Positions 47,965 through 59,467 of a stretch of 64,000 bases of DNA are shown in pieces. The translations under genes were made by a program, and so were the position numbers. The notes under the pieces were generated by a model. That model was not told the DNA's origin and did not search any database. It saw nothing but the letters and a program-made list of their open reading frames with translations. Numbering within the stretch: the stretch's first letter is position 1; each line of letters starts with the position of its first letter. The DNA is from an uncultured Armatimonadetes bacterium. GTDB lineage: Bacteria > Armatimonadota > UBA5829. The stretch is from NCBI GenBank assembly GCA_963711155.1, contig CAVQDB010000005.1, positions 1,923,298 through 1,987,297 of the forward strand, read 5' to 3'.

Positions 47965-49423
47965 GTGAGAAAAAGCCTGACAATTGTCTTGATAATAGTG
48001 ATCGTGGTCGGCGGGCTTTTCGCCGCGATGATAGCGCGCGCTCCGAAGAAGGCCCAGCCAACGACCGCGCAGCGGTGGGCAACGGAGGGCATACCCGTGG
48101 AGACGGCGGTGCTCTCGCGCGGCGACATGGAGCAGCACCGTCGAGGTCACTGGCGACATCAACGCCCTCGACAAGGTCACTCTATCGGCCAAGGTCCCCG
48201 GGCGCGTGGTGAGTGTCACGGCTCGCGAGGGCGATAGGGTCACGTGCGGCGAAGCGATGATCGTGCTGGATCAGGCGGATATGAGAAGCCATCTCCTCTC
48301 AGCACAGGGCGGTCTCCAGACGGCTGTGGCGCGGCTCTCGCAGGCAAAGACCAACCAGGCCGTCACGAAGATACAGACCGACTCCGCAATCGAGCAGGCT
48401 CAGGCACAACTGGACGCCGCAAGGGCCAGGCTCGCGGTCGCAAAGAAGCCGAGTCGCTCTCAGGAGCGAATGGTGGCCGAGAACGCCGTCGCCGAGGCCA
48501 AGGCCAACCTCGACCGCGCCGCCGCCGACTACAAGCGCAACAAGAACCTGCTTGCCCAGGGCGCCATCTCGCAGTCGGCGTTCGACGTTGCCGACACGGC
48601 GTACAAGGTCACGCAGGCGCAGTATAAGTCCGCAACCGATCGGCTCTCGATGATAAAGGAAGGCGGACGAACCGAAGAGATTGCGCAAGCGGAGGCGCAG
48701 GTTCAAGTCGCGCAGGAAGCCCTGCGCACGGCCAGGGCCAACGCGTCGCAGAACATGCTCCGCAAGGAGGACGTCAGGCAGGCCCAGGCGGCGCTGGAAC
48801 AGGCGAAGGCCGCCGTCGCGATCGCCCAGCAGCAGCTATCATACTGCTACGTCAACGCGCCTCTATCCGGCGTGCTATCGGCAAGGCAGACCGAGCCCGG
48901 CCAGGTGGTCTCGGCGGGCCAGCCGCTGGGTGAGGTCGTGAACCTCGGCTCGATCTACTTCAAGGGCGACGTGTCCGAGAAGGAGATCGTCAACGTCCAC
49001 GCCGGCCAGCATGTGCGCGTGAAGGTGGACGCGATTCGTGGACGGACGTTTGCCGGACACGTTGACAAGGTCTTCCCTGCCGGCTCGACGACGAGCAGGA
49101 ACTTCTCCGTGCGCGTCAGAATCGACGACCCCGGCCACAAGATCAGGCCGGGCATGTTCGCGCGAGGCCGGATCGTGACCGGAATCGAGCACGACGTGAT
49201 CCTGATTCCCAAGGACGCCATCGACGAACGCAAAGGCACGGATTCGGTGTTCACCATCGGCGCGAAAAGCAAAGTCGCACGGCATATCGTCACCGTTCTG
49301 CGGGAAAACCCGGACTACGTGCAGATTGACCTGCCCACGGACCTCAAACCAGGCGATGTCGTGGTCACGACAGGCCGTCAGAGCCTGCAGCCAGGCTCCA
49401 AGGTCCTGGTCGAGAAGAGGTAG
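47965..49423 (+). CDS. RND efflux membrane fusion protein (HlyD/AcrA family), one frameshift as assembled
   Basis: TM anchor in the ORF 47965 frame. TVEVTGDINALDKVTLSAKVPGRVVSV and the rest in the ORF 48206 frame. Extra base at ~48136. Confidence 0.8.
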
Positions 49424-49449
49424 TTACGAATTACGAATTACGAATTGCG
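49424..49449. repeat. single TACGAAT-word arm after the MFP stop
   Basis: ttacgaattacgaattacgaattgcg. No complementary arm follows. Confidence 0.6.
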
Positions 49450-49455
49450 GGCAGC

Positions 49456-49601
49456 GTGTCATGCTGAACTTGTTTCAGCATCCAGGCGCCAACCTGTCAT
49501 GCTGAACTTGTTTCAGCATCCAGGCGCTAACGGGTCATGCTGAACTTGTTTCAGCATCCAGGCGGGCTGTCGTGGATCCTGAATCAAGTTCAGGATGACA
49601 T
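49456..49601. repeat. REP-like cluster: three tandem left-type hairpins plus one inverted right-type hairpin
   Basis: (g/c/g)tgtcaTGCTGAActtgttTCAGCAtccaggcg three times at a 38-nt period, then ggatCCTGAAtcaagtTCAGGatgacat. Confidence 0.8.
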
Positions 49602-49606
49602 GCCAT

Positions 49607-49713
49607 TGACTGACGACCGATGACTGACAACTGATGACTGACGACCGATGACTGATGACTGACAACTGATGACTGACGACTGATGACTGATGACTGACAA
49701 CTGACAACCGACG
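49607..49713. repeat. TGACTGA 7/14-nt tandem array directly upstream of the RND gene
   Basis: TGACTGACRACYGA units interspersed with TGACTGA half units. TGA occurs in all three + frames. It ends 17 nt before ATG 49731. Confidence 0.8.
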
Positions 49714-49730
49714 GCTTCTGGAGCGTTTCT

Positions 49731-52700
49731 ATGTGGTTAACTAGTGTATCCATACGGCGGCCGATCTTCATCATAATGTTCGTGCTCGCTCTGGTCGTGC
49801 TGGGTCTGGTATCGAGATCCAAGATGCCGCGCGAACTCGAACCCAAGATCGACATCCCGTATGTGACTGTAATGACGACGTATGCCGGCGCCGGGCCGAA
49901 CGAGATGGAGACGCTCATAAGCAAGCCCATCGAGAAGGCCGTCACGTCGGCCGGCAACCTCAAGAACGTGACGTCCAGCTCGCAGGACGGCGTCTCCACG
50001 GTCGTGCTGGAGTTCGAGTTGGGAACCGACCTCGAAGCAGCGGCAGCCGACGTGAGGGACAAGGTCTCCGCCATCCGCCAGCAGCTTCCGAAGGACGCCG
50101 ACGAGCCCAAGATACTCAAGCTCGACATCGCCTCCATGCCCATCATGACCGTCGCCCTCGAAGGTCCGCTCTCGCCCAAGGAGATGCGGATTCTCGCCGA
50201 CGACATCGTGTCCGAGAGGCTGTCCAAGGTCGGAGGCGTGGCTGGCGTCAACCCATCGGGCGGCGACGAGCGCGAGATATCCGTAGCGGTCGATAAGGAC
50301 CGGCTCGACGCCTACGGCATAGGCATCGACAAGGTGCTGACCGCCGTCAGGAGCGCCAACCTCAACGTTCCGGCCGGCTCCATCAAAGAAGGCGCGCGCG
50401 ACTATTCCATCAGAACCGTGGGCGAATACAGCAGCGCCAAGCAGATCGCCGACACCCGGATCTACGTCGGCGCCAGCGGCGGCAAGCCCGCGTTCATGGC
50501 CCGCATCGGCGATATTGCCGACGTCAAGGACACCGTCGCCGAACCGGACGTGCTCACACGCCTCAACGGCAAGCCCGCGGTCGTGTTCAACATCCAGAAG
50601 CAGTCGGACGCCAACACGGTCGATGTCGCGGACGGGGTCAAGCGGGAACTCGCGGACATGCAGCCGATCCTGCCGGCGGGCGTGCATCCCGTGATCGCCA
50701 TCGACACCTCCAAGTTCGTCAAGGACGCCCTCAACGACGTGAACCATAGCCTGCTCGAAGGCGTGCTGCTGGTCGTTCTGATCGTTTTCCTGTTCCTGCA
50801 CACCGCCAGGGCAACGTTCATCGTCGCGCTTGCCATCCCGACCTCGCTGATGGCGACGTTCATCCCCATAAGCGGCTTCGGGTTCACCCAGAACGAGATG
50901 GTGCTGCTGGCATTATCCCTTGTCGTCGGAATTCTCGTGGACGACTCCATCGTTGTCCTCGAAAACATCGAACGGCACCTCCGCCTGCGCGAGCAGCCCA
51001 AAGAGGCCGCCGTCAACGGACGATCCGAGATCGGCCTGGCCGCGATTACGATCACTATGGTGGACGTGGTCGTGTTCCTGCCCATCGCGTTTATGGGCGG
51101 GATCGTGGGGCAGTTCTTCCGCCAGTTCGGCGTGACGGTGGCGGTCGCAACCGCATTCTCGCTGTTCGTATCGTTCACCCTGACTCCCATGCTGGCCTCC
51201 CGCTGGATGCGCAGCGAAGCCGCCAAGGAAGCCAACGAAGAGGAGATCCACAAGCGCTTCCGGGAAGGCCGCCCGCGGCTCAAGGACCGTGTAGACCTGC
51301 GCGCTGGATGGCTCTTCGACGTTCTGGAGCGGTTCCTGCGGGGCCTCGACCGCCGCTACAGAGGCGTGCTCGAATGGGCGCTGCACAACCGGTTCCTGAC
51401 CATCGTCATCGGGTTCGTGACGCTGCTGACGGTCTTCGTGATGGTAGTTCCGCATCCGCCGCCAGGAGCGGGACCCAAGGGCATGGCGCTGCTCGCTCCG
51501 CGCATCGTTGTTGCCCTGCTAGCCCTGATGCTGTGCGGGATCGCGGCCGCCGTGGATCGCAGGAGCAAGGGACTCGCGATCGGCTTCGGCGCTGGTGATG
51601 GCGTTCATCGCCATCGCCATCTACTTGCCGTTCGGCTTCGATTTCTTCCCGCAAGTCGATCAGGGCCAGATTCGGCATCACTATCAGGACCGCCCCCGGC
51701 ACGTCGCTCGTGCAGACGGACAGGGTCGTTCGAAAGGTGGAGGCGATTGTCGCGGGCCTGCCGGAGATAAAGCCGGTTCGGGTCCGCGAGGGCTTGTTCG
51801 GAGGCCACGAGACCCAGCACGGCTACTACATGACCCTCGTCGGCACCGGCTCCCAAAGCGTGCTCAGCGGCTCCGATAACGGCCCGCAATACGCGGTCAT
51901 CAGCGTCAAGGTGGTCGATAAGAAGTATCGCAAGCGCAGCGTCCAGCAGATCGTCCAGGAAATCGCCCGCAAAGCTGCGACGATACCTGGCGCCGGAGTT
52001 GATCAGCGTCGCCGTCACCCAGGGCATGGGCGGCGGACCGGGCAACAACATCCAGAAGGAAGTCCAGGGCCAGAACCTGGCCGACATTCTCAAGGAAGCC
52101 AATAGCCTCGCCGCGGTCATGCGCAAGGTGCCCGGCGCCGTCGATGTCGATATTTCCTACAAACCCAGCCGGCCCGAGCGCAGGGTCGCCGTGGACAGGT
52201 TGAAGGCAAGCCAGTTCGATCTGACAGTGCAGCAGGTGGCGATAGCGGCCAGGACTGCCATCGACGGCGATGATACGGTCAAGTTCCGCGACGCCGGCAC
52301 CGAATACCCCATCCGCGTCCACTATCTGCGGTCCGAGCGCGACAAGACATCAGACGTCGAGAGTCTGGTCGTCGGCACGAAGGACGGTGCGCCGATCTAC
52401 CTCGGCGATGTGGCGTCTGTCACCGACGACGCCGCTCCCACCAAGATCGACCGCAAAAACCAGCAGCGCGTCGTCTACGTCACCGCCAACCTCGCCCAGG
52501 GCGCGGCGATGGGCAACGTGAACACGGCGATCGAAGCCGCGGCGAAGAAGATGCATCACGTGCCGGGCACGACTATCGACACCGGCGGCTCGACGAGGAT
52601 GATGAACGAGAGCAACGCCTACATCGGCCAGTCGCTGATACTGGCGATCGTGCTCGTCTACATGCTGATGGGCGCGCTGTTCGAGAGCTTCCTGACGCCG

Positions 52701-53192
52701 TTCGTGATCATGTTCACCCTGCCCCAGGCGCTGGTCGGAGGGCTGCTTGCCCTGCTGGTCACCGGCAACACGATGAGCATCGTGGCGATGGTCGGCATCA
52801 TCATGCTCATGGGCCTCGTGACCAAGAACGCCATTCTGCTCATCGACTACACCAACACGCTCATGGGCCGCGGAAAGAACCGCCACGACGCGATCCTCGA
52901 AGCGGGTCCCACGCGACTCCGCCCCATCCTGATGACCACGTTCGCGATGATCGGCGGCATGCTGCCGACCGCGCTCGCCGTCACCGAGGGATCGGAGACC
53001 CGTTCGCCGATGGCGATCTGCGTGATCGGCGGTCTGATTCTCTCCACTATGCTTACTCTGATCATCATACCGGTCACATACACGATAGTCGACGACGCCT
53101 GGCAGTGGTTCAAGCGGCTGATCTTCCCGAAGGGTACCAAACCCGCCGCGCCTAATGAAGATGTATCCGTCGAGCCAGTGGAGGCGCAATGA
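49731..53192 (+). CDS. RND (HAE1/AcrB-like) efflux transporter, three frameshifts as assembled
   Basis: MWLTSVSIRRPIFIIMF..., VGILVDDSIVVLENI, and the C-terminal half in ORF 51999..53192 (GLVTKNAILLIDY). Shifts at ~51591, ~51676 and ~51995. Confidence 0.85.
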
Positions 53193-54568
53193 ACTTCATC
53201 TACATCAACTCGGACTCATTCAGGCGGGACAACCTCGGCTGTTATGGCAACAAGCACATCCAGACGCCCAACATAGACAGGTTCGCGGACCGCTCGCTCG
53301 TTTTCGACCGGGCATACACCGGCTCGTTCCCTACCGTGCCCAACCGCCGCGACCTGTTCACCGGCAAATACACGCTCACCTACACCGACTGGGCCGCGCT
53401 CTCCCCGCAGGAAGTCGTGCTCTCGGAAGTGCTCGGAAAGGCCGGCTACACGAGCTACATGGTGCTCGACACGCCCCACATCGTCGCCAAGGGATTCTAC
53501 TACGACCGCGGCTTTAGTGGCTGGAAGTGGATTCGCGGCCAGGAAGGCGACCCCTACAAGACCGATCCCACTGCAGGTCAAACTGCCCTGCGCGGTGGAA
53601 AAACTCCGGGGCGGCGCCCGCACTACGACGCAGTACCTCCGCAACGTCCACGACCGCAAGTCCGAGGCGGACTACTTCGCGCCCATGACCATGGCCGACG
53701 CATGCGACTGGCTCGACCGCAACCACGACGCGCGACAAGTTCTTCCTCTACGTGGACACGTTCGACCCACACGAGCCCTGGGACCCGCCGAAGAAGTATT
53801 CGGATCTCTACGACCCCAACTACGACGGCGAGGAAGTGATCTACCCGCTATACGCCCCGTCGCGCGTTCCTTTCCGACCCGGAGATGGCGCACATCAAGG
53901 CGCTGTATGCGGGCGAGGTCACGATGGTGGACGAGTGGGTCGGCAAGCTGCTGGAGAAGATCGAGGAGCTGGGGCTGTTCGAGAACACGCTGGTTATCTT
54001 TACCACCGACCACGGCTTCTACTTCGGCGAGCACGGCGTCGTCGGCAAGTTCGGCCAGCTCTACGACGAGATGAACCACATCCCGCTGATAATGCACATG
54101 CCCGGCGTCAAGCCCGGCCGCCGCTCGCAGTTCGTCCAGCCCTGCGACCACATGCCCACGTTCCTCGACCTGGCCGGAATCGAGCATCCCGAGCACATGC
54201 AGGGCAAGTCGCTGGTGGACATCATCACAAACGACGGCGCGCCCGTTCGCGACTACGCGCTGAACTCCTGGACCGTCATCTACCCACCCGCGACCGAGAC
54301 GCCCGTCACGCTCGACGCGTCGAACTGGGACCAGTATTGCCGCAAGCTCAAGCCCAGCACGGTGATCTTCGACAAATGGACGCTCGTCACCTCGGCAGGG
54401 GACATGTTCTCTGAGCTCTACAATAACGCCGACGACCCGCACCAGACGCGCAACGTCATCAAGCAGCACCCGGACGTAGCAAAGGAGCTTCACGCGAAGT
54501 ATATCGGCCTGCTGGAGTCGCTGGCCGTCGAAGAGAAGTTCATCGCGCCGAGGCGGAAGCTGGTGTAG
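53189..54568 (+). CDS. sulfatase-family (alkaline phosphatase superfamily) hydrolase, three frameshifts as assembled
   Basis: NSDSFRRDNLGCYG...GSFPTVPNRRDLFTGKY, FLYVDTFDPHEPWDPP and VIFTTDHGFYFGEHG motifs. Shifts at ~53575, ~53735 and ~53875. The ATG overlaps the RND stop. Confidence 0.75.
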
Positions 54569-54589
54569 GGGCGAAGGGATTGAGGGTCG

Positions 54590-54817
54590 TCATCCGGCAC
54601 GCTTGGCTGACTTGGCGGCCTTGATAAGCATACGCAGAGCTTCGTTCACCGCATCGGCGTCCGGGAACACCTCGGCAACGTCCGGGGCCAAGAGGACGAT
54701 GTTGGACCCTTCCTTGCAGCGTTCGGCGTACTTCCCACGAACGCCGCCCTCCATCTTGGACAGGTCGTATTCCTCTCGAAGCTCGTCTTCGATCTCTGGC
54801 TTAGCCGTTCTCTTCAT
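54590..54817 (-). CDS. BrnA-like antitoxin
   Basis: 75 aa with LREEYDLSKMEGGVRGKYAERCKEGSNIV and a C-terminal ribbon-helix-like tail. Downstream of a BrnT-like remnant. Confidence 0.5.
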   Translation of the reverse strand: MKRTAKPEIEDELREEYDLSKMEGGVRGKYAERCKEGSNIVLLAPDVAEVFPDADAVNEALRMLIKAAKSAKRAG

Positions 54818-54960
54818 AGTAGTGTCTTTCGCCGCGAGTCATCTCTCGGGCGCTGATCAGGCGGAGCCTATCTCCTCGGCGTGAGCAACAACCAGAAAGC
54901 GCCCCTCGTCGGAAACGCCAAACGTCAGAAGAACAGAGCCACAAGCAGTCTCCCGTATGC
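54814..54960 (-). pseudogene. BrnT (DUF497)-like toxin remnant, N-terminally truncated and frameshifted
   Basis: The minus strand reads ...VLLTFGVSDEGRFLVVAHAEEIGSA*. After a shift it reads RLISAREMTRGERHYYEE, overlapping the antitoxin start. No start codon. Confidence 0.35.
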
Positions 54961-55021
54961 TCAGTTTACCCCTCAGCGAAGGAAGTGTCAACGAGGGTGA
55001 TTCAGTCCGGCTACGGCAGCT

Positions 55022-55714
55022 CTACGTCAATACACGATCGGCATGGTACGGCACCCAGTAGTTGCCCCTCCTCTCCGCCAGGAGCTCCCTGTACGAATCC
55101 CACTTGGCGTGGTAGTCCTCGTAGAGGACTGTCGTGCCGTCATAGTGGATGTTGCTCGGCAGGTCGGTGCTCCACATCGAGTACTTCGCGTCGTTGATCG
55201 TATTGCGCCCCTCGTGGAGGAGCAGCATCATTCTCGACCTGTTCCTGACCTGGGTGGCATCAACGTTGATAAGGCTGAGATACGAGTTCATCGAATAGGA
55301 GAGCGCGTAGTCCTTGCCGTGGTAGGCGGTGGACGAGGTGGGGGCGATGTTGCGGTCGGTCGGGCACAGGTAGACCGCCTTATTCCTGACGTACGGCCAT
55401 ATCTGCCCATTCTCTGGATAACACTGGCTCGTGTAGACAGAGCCCGCCCAGTCGTCCCGAACGTAGATGACGGCGGGCAGCCCGGGCGTATTGGTTGACC
55501 GGGTTGCGGCGGGGAAGCGGCCGTGGTTCTCGTCCGCATAGAGCGAGAACGCGTTGCCAAGCTGCTTGAGATTGCTCACGCAGGAAATCATCCTGCCGTG
55601 CTCTCTGGCGTTCAGAAAGACGGGAAAGAGGATCGCCGCCAGTATGGCGATTATGGCGATCACTACGAGCAGTTCTATCAGCGTGAAGCCCGAACGGCAT
55701 CTCTTCATCGACAT
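55022..55714 (-). CDS. prepilin-type N-terminal cleavage/methylation domain protein (DUF1559-like)
   Basis: [36 protein letters not shown] 55714 lies inside ORF 55022..55804. Confidence 0.75.
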   Translation of the reverse strand: MSMKRCRSGFTLIELLVVIAIIAILAAILFPVFLNAREHGRMISCVSNLKQLGNAFSLYADENHGRFPAATRSTNTPGLPAVIYVRDDWAGSVYTSQCYPENGQIWPYVRNKAVYLCPTDRNIAPTSSTAYHGKDYALSYSMNSYLSLINVDATQVRNRSRMMLLLHEGRNTINDAKYSMWSTDLPSNIHYDGTTVLYEDYHAKWDSYRELLAERRGNYWVPYHADRVLT

Positions 55715-56048
55715 GCCAAATACCTCCGTGGTTTCTCCTTTGAAACCGATGTAGCGCGCTGTGCGCGTTACTTGCATTCTACCATGCTCCCGCGGTGTTG
55801 TCACGACCGTTTGAGCCGCAACCCTGCAATCTGGGTATAATCAACCAGGCGACCAGCCTGCGGTTTTTCGGGCTCAGGTCTATTGACCGGTGGCCAAACT
55901 GATGATAATGTACGATGGGTCTGCGCTGGGCACATCGACGTAACATGACTGCACAGACCGACTCCCAGCGAATTTGGCACTTGACAACAGGGCCAAGAAA
56001 ATGGTAAAAAGCGGGTAGAATACACTGTTACCCAGAGGGGGAATAACC

Positions 56049-56670
56049 ATGCCGCGTAGAACAAAGGGGTTCACGCTTATCGAGCTGCTCGTCGTGATCG
56101 CGATTATCGCGATACTGGCGGCCATTCTGCTGCCTGTCTTCCTGCGCGCCAAACAAGCCTCCAAACGCACGGTCTGTCTCGGCAACCAGCGCCAGCTCGG
56201 ACTCGCGTGCACGCTATATGCGGACGCAAACGGGGATCTTCCCGTTCCTGCAGCATTCCGGCAGGTCATCCGGGTTCAGCACGACCAGCAACGACGACAT
56301 TTCCGGTGAGTTGATCATCTTGCTGAGGCCGTATGTCAGCAACAGGAAGGTCTTCTATTGCCCTGTGGTGGACGTATACAATAAGTATCTCACTTACGAA
56401 TACCAGAGCGAAAAACAGAATCCGCGTTACACCTACATTGGCTACTACTACTACTGCTGTGACGACTGGAGCCATGTTCGCGTCAGCCAGAGCGGCAGCA
56501 CCAGGCGAATTCTGATGTCGTGCATCGGAGGCGGAGTGACTAACGGCAAGGGCTGGTGTGGGCACGGGTATAACGTAGGCATCTACACGTTCACCGATGG
56601 ACACTGCAAGTACATCCATCACTACAACTATCCCGACCGCGATCTGAATCCCACATTCCCTCTCGACTAA
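56049..56670 (+). CDS. prepilin-type N-terminal cleavage/methylation domain protein (DUF1559-like), one frameshift as assembled
   Basis: [31 protein letters not shown]...YADANG, then IFPFLQH...[15 protein letters not shown] in the ORF 56218 frame. G-run at 56232-35. Confidence 0.7.
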
Positions 56671-56690
56671 CAGGAACGAGTTCAGACCAG

Positions 56691-57996
<1,306 letters not shown>

Positions 57997-58010
57997 CGCG
58001 GAGCATCGAC

Positions 58011-58679
58011 ATGGAAGAGAATGTAGTCACGCTGGACACCGTTCGGCGGGACCCTAAGGTCAAGACATTCATAGAGGCGGCAAACGAGCAGATGGACGCG
58101 CTCGGTTACACTGAGCACGGCTTCCGCCACGCCAGCATCGTCGCCGAGACCGCCCACAGCATCATCGCGAGCATGGGCCAGGGCGCGCGCCAGGCCGAGC
58201 TTGCCTCGATATCGGGCTACCTGCATGACATCGGCAACGCCGTCAACCGCCTCGGTCACCCGGACACGTCGGCGATTATGGCGTTCACGCTGCTGAACGA
58301 GATCGGTATGCCCGCAAACGAGATCGCGCAGGTCATCGCCGCGATAGGCAATCATGAGGAGGAGCTCGGCGCGCCGGTCAGTGCGATTTCCGCCGCGCTG
58401 ATCATCGCCGACAAGTCCGACGTCCACCACTCCCGCGTCCAGAACCAGAACCCGCTCACATTCGACATCCACGACCGCGTCAACTTCTCCGTGCAGAAGT
58501 CCGCGCTGCGGGTGGATACCGACAACAAATCCATCAACCTGGAGCTGACCACCGACGAGCAGTCGGCGTCGGTGATGGAGTATTTCGAGATATTCCTGTC
58601 CCGAATGCTGATGTGCCGCCGCGCCGCCGACTTCTTCGGCTACAAGTTCAAGCTGATCATCAACGATGTGGAGATGTAG
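58011..58679 (+). CDS. HD-domain phosphohydrolase
   Basis: GFRHASIVAE...GYLHDIGNAVNRLGH...GNHEE...IIADKSDV. Confidence 0.75.
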   Translation: MEENVVTLDTVRRDPKVKTFIEAANEQMDALGYTEHGFRHASIVAETAHSIIASMGQGARQAELASISGYLHDIGNAVNRLGHPDTSAIMAFTLLNEIGMPANEIAQVIAAIGNHEEELGAPVSAISAALIIADKSDVHHSRVQNQNPLTFDIHDRVNFSVQKSALRVDTDNKSINLELTTDEQSASVMEYFEIFLSRMLMCRRAADFFGYKFKLIINDVEM

Positions 58680-58686
58680 TCGTTAT

Positions 58687-58774
58687 CCTGACAACGCAGT
58701 GGGGTCGTCATGACAACGCAGTCGTGTCATCATGACAACGCAGTCGTGTCGTAATGACAACGCAGTCGTGTCAT
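58687..58774. repeat. four tandem copies of a 22-nt mini-hairpin unit
   Basis: cATGACAacgcagtcgTGTCAt four times (58687, 58709, 58731, 58753; the first copy is diverged). Each unit carries an ATGACA/TGTCAT inverted repeat. Confidence 0.8.
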
Positions 58775-58795
58775 CCTGAACTCGTTTCAGGATCC
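58770..58795. repeat. REP-like hairpin (CTGAAC..GTTCAG family variant)
   Basis: gtcATCCTGAActcgtTTCAGGATcc, abutting the 22-nt array. Confidence 0.6.
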
Positions 58796-58983
58796 ATCTC
58801 AGGTTGATGGCCAATCGTTGGAAGACCCGCCAGCGCTGAGTAGCCGCGGCCTGGGCGACGTATGAAGGAAGGCCGCCGGAGCGCGCTGTTTCGGGATTTC
58901 GCACATGCACGGCGCCACTCTCACCACGAGCCTGCTGCGAAGCGCCTGGGTTGGGGACGCGTGCAGCCCAAATCCCGAAACCG

Positions 58984-59349
58984 TTACACGCTCGGCTCCA
59001 CATCGTGCTCCGACAGCGACTCCAACGCGGCTTCGACATTATCGGTAACGACCACACTCGGGAGCGACTGCAGCCCGATAAGCTCGAGCACCCGCCGCAC
59101 GGCCGGGGACGTCGGCCTGACTATGCCCAGCACCCCACCCACCTTGCTGATCCGCCGATACGCGGAGATCACGACAGCCACGCCCGCGCTGTCTATGTAG
59201 CTTATGTCGGTGAAGTCGACAATGAAGGCCTTGGGCGAGCGCGAGATCGCCGCGTCGAACGCCGATCGAAGCTCGTCGATATTGGACAGGTCGATCTCGC
59301 CGGCGGCCTTCACCACCGGCCACGCGCCCTCTATGGTCTCTACACTCAT
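58984..59349 (-). CDS. STAS-domain anti-sigma-factor antagonist
   Basis: VVKAAGEIDLSNIDELR...FTDISYIDSAGVAVVISAYRR...AVRRVLELIGL. ATG 59349 lies inside ORF 58984..59535. Confidence 0.75.
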   Translation of the reverse strand: MSVETIEGAWPVVKAAGEIDLSNIDELRSAFDAAISRSPKAFIVDFTDISYIDSAGVAVVISAYRRISKVGGVLGIVRPTSPAVRRVLELIGLQSLPSVVVTDNVEAALESLSEHDVEPSV

Positions 59350-59467
59350 CTTGACAGTTTCCCCGCTTCGCGTCCTACAAGCACTGAATCCTACCGATAT
59401 GCGGGGGCGGTTCAAACACCAAGTTCGCTTGGCTTTGCAGCAAATGATGGGGTATAATTCCAGTGTC

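Noticed and set aside
49456-49601. Possible CRISPR array (three 33-nt direct repeats at a regular 38-nt period)
   Set aside because: The repeats are separated by only ~5 nt, so there are no spacers. The unit is a palindromic REP-like element found singly elsewhere in the window. No cas genes are present.
51440-51600. Extra hydrophobic segment in the RND pump (two consecutive TM7-like stretches) as a possible internal duplication
   Set aside because: The two segments are not similar in sequence, and the region abuts a frameshift. I cannot separate a real insertion from frame noise without an alignment.
58687-58774. Possible mini-CRISPR or attC-like array (4 x 22 nt)
   Set aside because: The units are directly abutting with no spacers. 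This is a plain tandem repeat of a small hairpin.
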